From Ostrea edulis (taxonomy: Eukaryota), in NCBI RefSeq assembly GCF_947568905.1, contig NC_079168.1:80414001-80478000 (forward strand): DNA of 64,000 nt. The letters are read 5' to 3'. Every line of letters starts with the position of its first letter. Position 1 is the stretch's first letter. The notes under the pieces are model-generated. The model was not told the DNA's origin. It saw only the letters and a list, made by a program, of their open reading frames with translations, and searched no databases. The position numbers and the translations under genes are program-made. Shown piece after piece: positions 51,001 to 59,177 of the stretch.

Positions 51001-54000
51001 ATATCTGACCGCTTGAAACTGTTGCAGAGAATTTAGAATTGATTCTACTGTAGAAAGAAATTCTATCATTATTCTACCGCGTACAGTAATGTGTATATAC
51101 ATATGTTTTTGTTTAAATATTGTTGACAGTGTAAAATTTCACGTGTAAATTACATACTATTCACAGACTCGAAACTCAAATCAATATCTTTCAACGACTT
51201 CAAATTCATTTCTTCCCATGCATTTTTGTTTTTTGATTATTATAAATTTTTTGTTTAGGTATGTAATGTAAATATACCTCTGGCTTACTTCATACATGAT
51301 AATTATAAAGAAGATGATTTCTTATTTCAAATCACTTTTGATATTGCACCTGATGACTAGACGTCAGAGTCTTGGTTCGACAACTACCCCTCCCCCCTTC
51401 TGGACTAAATAGTTTGCCTATTCAATTTCTAACAACCCTCATATAGATAAAAATCAAACTCTAAACAAATGCCCATGTCTAAAATTAGTACTCCAAAATT
51501 CATGCTCATTTTTTTCCTAATTTTTATAAATTTTAAAGTATTTTTATTCTAATTAATGAGTTATTAGAATATCTGCTGCTTTATTTAGATTATGATTGGT
51601 TAGAGATATAATATATTTTGATTGGTCAGTTTATCTTACACTCATTTGATTTTTTCTCAATTTGTCATTGTACACATTGATATTCTGATTGGTCATTGTA
51701 TATTATATATAAGATGAGATAAGTTTTAATATTCCAATTTTGGGCCCAGAGGGCATAACAGCAAGACAGCTTATAAAGAAGGAAATTTCAAAAAAAAAAG
51801 TTCACAACATTAACTACAGATTACATGAACTACAAACTACATGTGGATGTAACATGTGGGGAAACGAGTACATACATATACATACATATATATTCATATT
51901 CTGATTGGTGATGTTCACATTGATATTCTGATTGGTGAGTGTGTGTATATTGATATATTCTGATTGGTGAGTGTGTGTATATTGATATTCTGATTGGTGA
52001 GTGTGTATATATTGATATATTCTGATTGGTGAGTGTGTGTATATTGATATTCTGATTGGTGAGTGTGTGTATATTGATATTCTGATTGGTGAGTGTGTGT
52101 ATATTGATATTCTGATTGGTCTATTGGATAGGATCTGGATATGGATATGAGGGCCCCATATATACCTATGAACAAAAAGGAGGATTTCAGTTTACTGCCA
52201 CCCACAAGCGATGCATTGTTTACCATCAACAATGACTTCAACCCTGGGTAAGGCTCTACTCGCACATGTTTACATGTTGTGATATAAAACCAGTATATGT
52301 AAACAAACATTCCCCAAACAGTAAACCAATTTTTTCATGTATCACTTCAACCCTCCTTCCCTTAAATATGAAATTTGATATAGTTTTGTCAACTGAACAG
52401 CATTTATAACAAGCTACGTGTAAGTTGTGATAAACCATTTGTTTTTCAGTCTGTTTGGAAGAACAGAGTCTGTGTTTGTACCCAAGGACAAGCTTTACCA
52501 GGACCCACCCAAGGAGGCACGAACGAGCATACGCGACATGTTAGTTGGAAGTACTGCTGTCGCTGGCATTGAACAGCCGCCTGACACATTTAACTTACAG
52601 CTCAAGCGCCCCCTGGACATGAACAGTCTGGAAAAAGGTCCGCCACCTAAGAAACATTGCACCCAGGAGTATCAGGGTATGGGAACCAGATTATTAGACA
52701 GGGAAACCTGAAATATAAAACAAAATATTGTCATAATTTTGTTGTTCAGTAAAATGTTGTTTGAAAAAGATATGATATCAAAAGTAACAGAGAGAAAGAG
52801 AGGGAGATAAAGAGCAGGACAACATTTTCAGTTTTTGATAATTGATTTAAAGATTCATGATCTTGTGTAAAAACACACATTTAGTTTGTATTTTAAAATG
52901 AATTTAATATGTTGTGAAAATATCCATGTAACCTATCTCCCATATGTATGTGTGAAGTGAAAATTTTGTATATAAAAAAATTATTTAAAAAACTCGAAAA
53001 AAAACCTACATTTATTAGATAGTGCTGATCAATAGGTAATTTCAGCTTTTCTATAACTATTGACTTGGGGTTAGACTGAGTACCTCAACCAGGCTTGGAT
53101 TTCTTGAAAAACTCTCAAACTTAAATCCAAGGTTCAACTTATTTTAAAATATGTGTGACTAGGGGGGATAACACATCATATTCTGCAGAATCCTTCCATC
53201 ACTGCTTGTGAACTATATGTCTGTGAAATTGTTGTGTTTGTATGTATGTTGTGTGTTCTTTAGAACCGCCTCAAAAACACAGCGTCCTGATGAGTCTCCT
53301 GGTCAATGGTGAGGACCTGCCCACTGGGTATTCGGTCAAGAAGCAACAAAAACATCAGGTAAATAATGAAATCATCAACAGGTAAATAATGAAATCATCT
53401 CCGGGTAAATAATGAAATCATCAACAGGTAAATAATGAAATCATCAACAGGTAAATGATAAAATCATCAACGGGTAAATAATGAAATCATCAACAGGTAA
53501 ATAATGAAATCATCAACGGGTAAATAATGAAATCATCAACGGGTAAATAATGAAATCAACACCAGGTAGATAATGAAATCAACACCAGGTAAATAATGAA
53601 ATCATCACCAGGTAAATAATGAAATCATCAATGGGTAAATAATGAAATCATCACCAGGTAAATAATGAATCATCAACAGGTGAATAATGAAATGATCTCC
53701 AGGTAAATAATGAAAGCAATCCATCAACATAAGGTACATGAATAACTCCAATTAGCAATAACAGGTACAGAAATATATCCATCTAGCAACAGTAGGTATT
53801 TAATCCAAGCTAGCAACCCCTGATAAAGAGATGAAATAGATAAGCCACCCTTCTAGCAACAATTAAACATGATCCATCCAGCAACCCCAGTTAAACAAAT
53901 GATCCATCTTCTCTAAATTTCACTTGAAGCGTGTGCACAACCGTGACAAAAGTATAAAAAATAAAGACTTTAAAGTTGGCTAGCAAAAGACAGTCATGGA

Positions 54001-55209
54001 TGAATCAGTGAAGAAATGTAGAAAAGGCTTATCTAATACGCTCAAAGACTTGCACACTACTAATACCAAGGAATATTGGAACACTAGTGTTGACTAACTA
54101 GTGTTGTTGCAACACTAGTTAAACAAATGATCCATTTAGCAACCCCAGTTAAACATGATCCATCCAGCAACACCAGGTAAATTAAATTGATTGGCAACGT
54201 AGCAGGGCTTTGTAAGCAGTCAAACTTTATTGAAACTGTGAGTTTTCAGTTGGGGGGGGGGGGGGCTACATGTTGCTTCATGAACATTTCAGGAGATCAA
54301 TGCATAAATTCGATTATGTATATCATTTCATAGTGGTCAGTCGTTTTAATGATTCGAGAAAATCTCATTAGGTAAATATCCACATATGTGCATACGGTGA
54401 GGAAATAGACTTTTTATTTTATTTTATCTCCGCTACCAAACATCAGAAATTTAATCCAGTAACTTGATGTTTTGGTACTAGGGCATTCACTTGCAACATA
54501 CTGAAAAATGATCTTCAAACCAGGCAGATATTTTTGTATCAGAAAGGAGTCGTCTTTAGCCATCACTAATTTGTATACAAGAGTTGCCCAAGTGACACAT
54601 AATTTTCGTAAGTTGTTTTTCTGAAGAGTTCCAAAATTTTCTAGTTCCGATATCTCGTATTGCACATTATTTATTATGGATGGATTTGTAGCTCTCTGGA
54701 ATTTGAATTGTTTAGTCAAACTGGCTTAAACTAATGTAAACATTAAATTTTTTGATTGGTGTTGTTTTGTCATTGTGAGGCCATATTGTCAAACCTATTC
54801 TTACACATTGATATGGTTGAGATAAATTTTTGAGCTTTTTGTGTATTCATTAAATTTGTTGTTAAGTTATTGTACAGATTACATAATGTTGTGAATTTTC
54901 TGTCATTATATCTTAACATAATTATATACCCTGAAGTTTATAATCCACTTATAATGCTTTCTGAGCCCCCAGTTTTCCAATATCTTGCAGATTTTGTGTT
55001 ACAGCTCATTCTACAGTTAACCCTTTATTCATCTTTTACAGCCCAAAGCATATTTATCAGAACTGAAGGGGAACAGTGGTGGTGGTAAAAGGCTACCACA
55101 GAATCCAGTCCTAGAAGAGGAGGAGATCCAGACTCCGGACTTGTTGCTCCAGAATCCAGATTTGTTGGCTGCTCTGGAGCTGTTTTTGCCAAATTCGGAG
55201 CTTATGTGA
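16631..55209 (+). CDS. HIF1A: Hypoxia-inducible factor alpha, 15 coding exons, 692 aa (isoform using exon 1a)
   Basis: join(16631-16653, 31285-31484, 31820-31950, 34773-34964, 36709-36899, 37667-37773, 43300-43447, 43603-43760, 45674-45754, 48121-48236, 50350-50475, 52132-52247, 52450-52676, 53264-53358, 55042-55209) = 2079 nt. All introns are GT-AG and all phases match. bHLH-PAS-PAS/PAC, LTHLAP, RAPYIP and a C-TAD-like tail are present. Confidence 0.95.
18116..19910. repeat. ~36-bp G-rich minisatellite (about 49 units) in HIF-alpha intron 1
   Basis: Unit TACTTATAGGGTGGGGCAATAGATGACACATGTAAT, with length variants and interspersed ...TAG(A/T)TTGAGGC variant units. Confidence 0.95.
20461..20477 (+). 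CDS. HIF1A: Candidate alternative first exon 1b (MMETP-G)
   Basis: Inr-like TCAGTC at 20444-20449, ATG at 20461, and a phase-2 donor GG|GTAAAA compatible with exon 2. The donor is only moderate. Confidence 0.35.
22515..22910. repeat. ~52-bp tandem repeat
   Basis: CCTGTTACAGACCTCACAAAAT at 22743, 22795 and 22847, with more decayed copies upstream. Confidence 0.85.
23210..23440. repeat. Degenerate ~42-bp tandem repeat
   Basis: ACAGATCCA...CCCTTATAAAAA recurs at 23215, 23298, 23349 and 23391. Confidence 0.8.
24577..24713 (+). CDS. HIF1A: Candidate alternative first exon 1c ([46 protein letters not shown])
   Basis: An open frame of 45 codons in a GC-richer island, with a second Met in good context (GAAATGG, 24637) and a phase-2 donor GGAAG|GTACAA compatible with exon 2. 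Confidence 0.5.
26204..26214 (+). CDS. HIF1A: Candidate alternative first exon 1d (MPY-K)
   Basis: ATGCCATACAA|GTAAGT is a consensus phase-2 donor. Inr-like TCAGTC lies at 26146-26151 and CCAAT at 26073-26077. Confidence 0.55.
28776..28856 (-). mobile_element. tRNA-derived SINE-like head fragment
   Basis: The minus strand reads ...GTTAATGTGTCGGCTGCTGATCTGTAGTTCATCCGTTCGAGTCTAGCAGGGGTTT, with a B-box GTTCGAGTC. A related copy is on + at about 56215-56265. It does not form a complete cloverleaf. Confidence 0.45.
31285..31484 (+). CDS. HIF1A: HIF-alpha exon 2 (bHLH)
   Basis: [66 protein letters not shown], bounded by atag| and |gtaagt. Confidence 0.97.
31508..31609 (+). repeat. Two extra 54-bp copies of the exon 2 3' end plus donor
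   Basis: GCTATCTACAGATTAGTAAAATCATGGAACAGTAAGTTTTCTCAGAGT at 31508 and 31562 mirrors GCTATCTAAAGATCAGCAAAATCATGGAA...A|GTAAGTTTCCTCAGAGT. Confidence 0.9.
31820..31950 (+). CDS. HIF1A: HIF-alpha exon 3 (start of PAS-A)
   Basis: [43 protein letters not shown], bounded by gcag| and |gtgaga. Confidence 0.96.
33216..34041. mobile_element. MITE-like element with multiple subterminal GACAACTCGCCC inverted repeats
   Basis: About five GACAACTC-type motifs at 33224-33308 and three inverted GGG(C/A)GAGTTGTC-type motifs at 33979-34033. It is flanked by ATGGATT on both sides (33209-33215 and 34042-34048). Confidence 0.7.
34773..34964 (+). CDS. HIF1A: HIF-alpha exon 4 (PAS-A)
   Basis: [24 protein letters not shown]...[24 protein letters not shown], bounded by acag| and |gtaaga. 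Confidence 0.97.
35082..36340. repeat. 28-bp minisatellite (about 1.26 kb) in intron 4
   Basis: Unit (A/G)CATTTGATTACACAATTCACATCAGTA, with 42-bp and 21-bp variants. Confidence 0.95.
36709..36899 (+). CDS. HIF1A: HIF-alpha exon 5 (end of PAS-A, start of PAS-B)
   Basis: VIKFSGKL...[39 protein letters not shown], bounded by ccag| and |gtacgt. Confidence 0.97.
37131..37200. repeat. Short tandem repeat, about 3 copies of TAAATGCCAATGGTCAGTATAAACTAG
   Basis: Directly visible in intron 5. Confidence 0.8.
37667..37773 (+). CDS. HIF1A: HIF-alpha exon 6 (PAS-B)
   Basis: [35 protein letters not shown], bounded by tcag| and |gtaagt. Confidence 0.96.
37889..38409. mobile_element. Kolobok-like MITE (521 bp, ~40-bp TIR, TTAA TSD)
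   Basis: TTAA|AGGGACGTGGACACGATTTGAGCTGAAAATTTTCAAATTT ... AAATTTGAAAATTTTCAGCTCAAATCGTGTCCATGCCCCT|TTAA, with 2 mismatches. Confidence 0.9.
38514..40016. mobile_element. Kolobok-like non-autonomous element (1.5 kb, imperfect ~18-bp TIR, TTAA TSD)
   Basis: TTAA|AGGACACAATGCATGTTT ... AAACATTAAATGTGTCCT|TTAA. Removing it restores the flanking intronic repeat. Confidence 0.75.
41523..41710. repeat. 62-bp tandem repeat, 3 copies
   Basis: AAGAATAAGTCAATCAGTACAGGGTACAATTTGTAC...ACTAGCAATGTACAAATAA at 41523, 41585 and 41647. Confidence 0.95.
42012..42046. repeat. (GA)n microsatellite
   Basis: Pure AG run. Confidence 0.95.
43100..43270. repeat. 40-bp tandem repeat (about 4 copies) abutting the exon 7 acceptor
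   Basis: TGTCAGA at 43141, 43181, 43221 and 43262. Confidence 0.9.
43300..43447 (+). CDS. HIF1A: HIF-alpha exon 7 (PAS-B/PAC)
   Basis: [48 protein letters not shown], bounded by acag| and |gtaaac. Confidence 0.97.
43603..43760 (+). CDS. HIF1A: HIF-alpha exon 8
   Basis: [52 protein letters not shown], bounded by ttag| and |gtaaga. Confidence 0.93.
44097..44231. other. Long inverted repeat / hairpin (~53-bp arms, 22-nt loop) in intron 8
   Basis: GTTACACAGTTAGTTAGTGACCTGATACGGAAAAATACATGTGAAAAGAAAAC pairs with 44172-44231 apart from 4-nt and 3-nt bulges. Confidence 0.9.
45674..45754 (+). CDS. HIF1A: HIF-alpha exon 9 (N-ODD, LTHLAP at 45703-45720, P399)
   Basis: [26 protein letters not shown] matches the LxxLAP prolyl-hydroxylation motif. 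Bounded by acag| and |gtaaat. Confidence 0.95.
46024..46810. mobile_element. Non-autonomous DNA transposon, 13-bp TIR, 5-bp TSD TTATG (hAT5/Transib-like geometry)
   Basis: TTATG|CAGTGATTTTTTT ... AAAAAAATCACTG|TTATG, with subterminal AATTGGGAAAAA repeats near both ends. Confidence 0.7.
47094..47330 (+). mobile_element. 5' fragment of a HINE-type element
   Basis: Starts TTTTTAGGTCACCTGAGTCAACTCAGGTGAC and is homologous to 1420-1560. Confidence 0.7.
47859..48054. mobile_element. 196-bp MITE with perfect 22-bp TIR and perfect 9-bp TSD (Mutator-like geometry)
   Basis: ATGAAAACT|TAATCCGAGATTCCTCTGACTC ... GAGTCAGAGGAATCTCGGATTA|ATGAAAACT. Confidence 0.9.
48121..48236 (+). CDS. HIF1A: HIF-alpha exon 10
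   Basis: [38 protein letters not shown]. Strong polypyrimidine acceptor and |gtaagt donor. LKEE resembles the LKxE SUMO-type motif of HIF-alpha ODDs. Confidence 0.92.
49360..49482 (+). CDS. HIF1A: Candidate alternative terminal exon ([40 protein letters not shown])
   Basis: Acceptor ttgttttccccag|G, phase 0 matching the exon 10 donor, 40 open codons to TAG, and no good donor inside. Confidence 0.4.
   Translation, partial: VIGNATDLNSNTESSPYIHPMKTCPYKNVQLDEKRRKILV
50350..50475 (+). CDS. HIF1A: HIF-alpha exon 11
   Basis: [42 protein letters not shown], phase 0-0, bounded by gcag| and |gtatgt. Confidence 0.9.
51901..52120. repeat. 30-bp tandem repeat (8 copies of CTGATTGGT) abutting the exon 12 acceptor
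   Basis: Unit GAGTGTGTGTATATTGATATTCTGATTGGT. The core occurs at 51901, 51928, 51960, 51990, 52022, 52052, 52082 and 52112. Confidence 0.95.
52132..52247 (+). CDS. HIF1A: HIF-alpha exon 12 ([15 protein letters not shown]500 at 52156-52158)
   Basis: [38 protein letters not shown] is equivalent to the human LEMLAPYIPM (P564) motif. Bounded by atag| and |gtaagg. Confidence 0.96.
52450..52676 (+). CDS. HIF1A: HIF-alpha exon 13
   Basis: [22 protein letters not shown]...[25 protein letters not shown], containing a bipartite-NLS-like KRP...PPKK. Bounded by tcag| and |gtatgg. Confidence 0.92.
53264..53358 (+). CDS. HIF1A: HIF-alpha exon 14
   Basis: [31 protein letters not shown]. The phases (1 in, 0 out) fit both neighbours. 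Bounded by ttag| and |gtaaat. Confidence 0.9.
53352..53715 (+). repeat. 23-bp tandem repeat built from the exon 14 donor (about 16 donor-like sites)
   Basis: Unit GTAAATAATGAAATCATCAACAG. GT positions run 53359, 53382, 53405 ... 53702. Confidence 0.95.
53925..54085 (+). mobile_element. Possible small LINE ORF2 linker fragment
   Basis: Translates as [29 protein letters not shown], similar to the L..L...NPK.YW segment between APE and RT in CR1/L2/RTE-type LINEs. It is short. Confidence 0.35.
55042..55209 (+). CDS. HIF1A: HIF-alpha exon 15 (C-TAD-like tail and stop)
   Basis: [58 protein letters not shown]...LLQ..DLL.ALE aligns with the HIF C-TAD. TGA at 55207-55209. Confidence 0.9.
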   Translation, partial: PKAYLSELKGNSGGGKRLPQNPVLEEEEIQTPDLLLQNPDLLAALELFLPNSELM

Positions 55210-56130
55210 CATAGATATTGTAACCATGGTAACTGGTGTTGTGGAACTTGCACAAGATAATAAAATTAAGAAACTAGTGGTTGCTATGTGACCTGCGTTA
55301 CTCTGTGAATTGTAACTAGTTGTGTCTCTTACCGCTTTTAAAAAAGTGCTATCATTTCATCTTATGACATGTAGGATCCAGAATTCTCAGGCGGGGATCC
55401 GGTGATTTTTCATATGTTATTGTTTTCATTATGTTTTTGAATATCATGTAAATGACAGATGTTTTTGAGCACAGAGGTTTATTACAGAGGAAGGAACTAG
55501 TTTGTAATATATATAAACAATAATCAATTTTTTGCGCATTTTGATACAGGGCTTGGATCCATGATAGATTATGGCGTGTGTTTGACCGTTGATAAATCAT
55601 GTTTTAAAACTGCTTGTAGATGTTGAGCTTTACAAATGGTAGATATATTTTTAAGAATGCCATTGTTTTTTCAGAAGCTGACTGCTGTCATCTTCATGGT
55701 TTTTATCTTGCTCTGACACATTCTCTGTGACAGTTAACGCACTACTAAATAAATCAAAAGCTCATATATCTATTTTATAATATATATATATATATATATA
55801 TCTTGTCGAAAGGAAAAAGATTTAAAAAAAAAAAAAAAAAACTTGTAAAAAGAATAAAAAAAATAGTTTAAAAAGTCAACCAAAAAAAAAAAAAAAAATA
55901 AAAAAAAAAAAATAAAAAAAATAGGATAGGGTATATTTTAACTGTGTAATCTTATAATGTGTCAGCATGGGTGTGTTTGTTTATGTTGTAGTGCTTAACT
56001 GTTATATGCAAATGCTGCCATCGTATGTTACTTATCATGTTTTATGGTTGAAATTTTGTCAGATGAAATCCTGATTTGTTTTGCCCTATGCAGGTACTTG
56101 TAATGAGCAAATAAACAAATTCATTGTAAT
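55210..56130 (+). other. Probable HIF-alpha 3' UTR with candidate polyadenylation signals
   Basis: An AU-rich stretch after the stop, with AATAAA at 55853 (inside an A-tract) and 56110. The true end cannot be fixed from sequence. Confidence 0.4.
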
Positions 56131-58309
56131 TAATGAGGAATAACATGTTTTCATAATGGCTAATTTCCCTTAAAAAATATCAGCAATATAATATTCCTTC
56201 AGTGGTTGATTGGTGAGATTGTTGATCTGTCTAGATTTTGAGTTCGAGTCTTGCAGGGGTTTGTTTCACTTTCCCCCAGTTGTTTTCTTTTTAAAAAGGC
56301 ATTGTTATATTATTTTACATTTCCTCTACTTTCTATTTACGCAGTTTTTTCTGTTGTGTTATACCTCCTTAAAGTTTGTTATCAATTAGTAAATTTACTA
56401 CCCTGACAAAAAAGGTTCAGCATGGGCCGACTCTGAGAAACAGTAGTATATTTATAAGAACGTGCCAAGGATCTTCTTTTAAGCAGCATGTTCTCTCTGT
56501 TAATGTGGGAGATTGACCTAGGATGTTACAGATATATTTTTATTTGAAATATACATGTTTCCAATAGAGATTATTATTTTTAACTTGTTTAACAATGAAA
56601 GTGTTCAGTACATTATCCACTGTTAATTTTCGAGAGACTTCAACTTGTCAGAGTGTTTACTAAAATTGACTAGTTGTTATGGGTTATTTTTTTTTCGTTT
56701 GGCCTGGTTGTCCAGGTTATGGTGGATTATGTGGAGCAGCACTATGTGATATCTAGGGCAAGCTGCTGTTTGGGGTTAAAGGTCAAAGCCAATATGCCAG
56801 TTTCGAGATACGAACTCTTCTGTATAAGAAGACTAAGGCGGTGCATTTAGTGGAACTTTGAATGCCTAAGTGGGGCAGAGTGGATATACAGCCAACGAGG
56901 AAGACGATGAAATGTATTAAAAGCGGCTTCTCTTTAAATGTGTAAATGTGGGAAATACTAAATGCTATCGAAAGAAATGTTTTACCGAAGTGGAAACGTA
57001 CAATGTCATATTTGCAAGAAATATCTTGGATATGGTACTTATGACCAGCAAAATCATGTGATAGGATAATTCTATGTATTTAATTACTTCCTAAATACTT
57101 ATCACTTACTTACAAATGTAGTTTGTGTATCAGTCGAATTCGGGTTATTAAACAGCGTATGAGAAACTTACTGAGTACATTCACTTACACTGTGATGAAT
57201 ATCTGTCCCACTCCCGCGTGTAAACAAATTTTTTCACGCCTTACTATGTACAAGAGTTCTACAAAGGGAAATAACTTGGACGTATCTCGAAACCGGCGTA
57301 ATCTTGGACTCTTACCAAGAAATTTTACAGGACAATGCTGCAAACTACTGAATAGACAATTGCTTAAATTTATCAGATAGTGAAAGTATCGTCGACGATG
57401 ACTAGTGATGGTACCACCTTTTGATGGCTAGTGATGACGACACACACCTCTGTTGACTCATGATGGTACTATCTCTGACAGTTCGTGTAATTTTCCAGTT
57501 TTTCATGCCATAGTTTTATCCAAGATCCCCAGGTTTATGATGTAATGTCCTATTAGCAATTGAAGACTCTCTGCTATTTATTTAAGTATGAGATGAATAG
57601 ATACAGAAAAGTTACAAAGTATTGATATTGGATAGCTGTAGTGAATATTTACGGTGAGGGATGAAATTAATTTGCGGAAATGCCACCCTCCCCTCTCCAC
57701 TCCCAGGAATTGCTTCAGTGTTTGTACAGCTTGTGTATGTTAAGCATATATTTAAAGAGATTCTTCATCATATATATATTTCATTAAAAATATCATACAT
57801 TAATCTTTGAACGTTATGTCTGTAAGATTTCTATAAAGAGACTGGAAGGGTATGGTTAATAATGCCTAAATTTCTAATCATTCTGAGGTGGTTTTTTCTC
57901 CCTGCTGGGTATTTCCTTTTAACTTTTGTCTTTTTTGTTTTTGTATTTTGTTCCTTTCTCCTTTTTTGGTTGTTTTGTATTGTAGTTTTTGTTGTTTTTT
58001 TTCTCATTGAAAACTACTTCAGAACACACAATATCTGAACAGGACTTGATCGAGGTGGGCCTATTTTTGAAAATGATTGTCCTCAGATTTATATTAATAC
58101 AAATGAATCTATATTATCTGGATTGTGAAATCTCCAGTATCATGAATACAGACACTTGCCTTCAACTCTTTGTTGTGCTGCCATACTTGATCATCCCCCA
58201 TTCAGGGGAAACACTGTTAATGTGTTGTTTTAATGTGTGTATAACTACACAATTCATTGTAAATCAAACTCATTGTAGTACAATAAAGATATAAAACTAC
58301 AAAATGTCC

Positions 58310-58530
58310 TGTGCTGCTTTCATTTTGGTGTGTTTACTGAATTCCTGCACGACGGAGGCGAAAATGATTATATCTCAACTTGAACATTGAATTTTAAACG
58401 TGCTGTTGTGCTTTCATTTCAATGTTTTTGCTGAACTCCTGCATGATGTAGGCAAAATTCAACTTGAACATTGATCTCTAAATGTGCTACGGTGCTTTCA
58501 ACTGAACTCCCCGCATGGTAGAGGCGAAAT
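58310..58530. repeat. Degenerate ~80-95-bp repeat, about 3 copies
   Basis: TGCTTTCA...CTGAA(C/T)TCC..GCA.G...GGC.AAA...CAACTTGAACATTGA recurs. Confidence 0.7.
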
Positions 58531-59059
58531 TTATTATTTCGGCTTGATCTTTGTCTTGTCACCTGTAAACTAAGGATGAAATGTGGCACATGTCACAACA
58601 TTTTCCCCAATGAACTACATATAGTGAGAGAATGGAGCACCTTGAAGAAAGATGATCCAGTCAATGTACATTATAACCTCCAAGTACATGTATATGATTA
58701 CAACAGAATATAATTTGTTATTATACGGTAAAAATCCTAGTATCTAACAGAAGGAGAGAGGTGTCACTATACTGTTGACAAGGGGCATAACTCCTGCTTG
58801 TCATGCTGATAGGAACGCTGTTGAAATGACTTCTTTCACCTTCACTGTTGTATTATATATATATACAAGTATATGTGTGTGTGAGTGTGTAAGAATTTTC
58901 TTCGAAAGGAGATCTTGACTACTTGTATGGGGTTTTCTATCGTTTCTGATTCAAAATGACCCATGCTAATTTCTGTCTAAAACAAAACTGAACTCCGTAT
59001 TTTTCCACAGTATTTTCACATAGATCTAGGATATAAAAGCAAGTTTAAGACATATGTTC

Positions 59060-59177
59060 ATATTGATATATCCTACAGAATTCAATCACTGGCTAGTTTA
59101 TTGATATATCCTACAGAATTCAATCACTGGCTAGTTTATTGATATATCCTACAGAATTCAATCACTGGCTAGTTTAT
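59060..59177. repeat. 38-bp tandem repeat, 3 copies
   Basis: TATTGATATATCCTACAGAATTCAATCACTGGCTAGTT three times. Confidence 0.95.

Noticed and set aside
51915-52310. 131-aa minus-strand ORF with [10 protein letters not shown] repeats
   Set aside because: It is the antisense of exon 12 plus the 30-bp repeat.
55825-55922. A-rich tract as the poly(A) tail of a retrocopy or SINE
   Set aside because: There is no TSD or recognisable element body upstream. It is simply 3' UTR low complexity and may cause internal oligo-dT priming.
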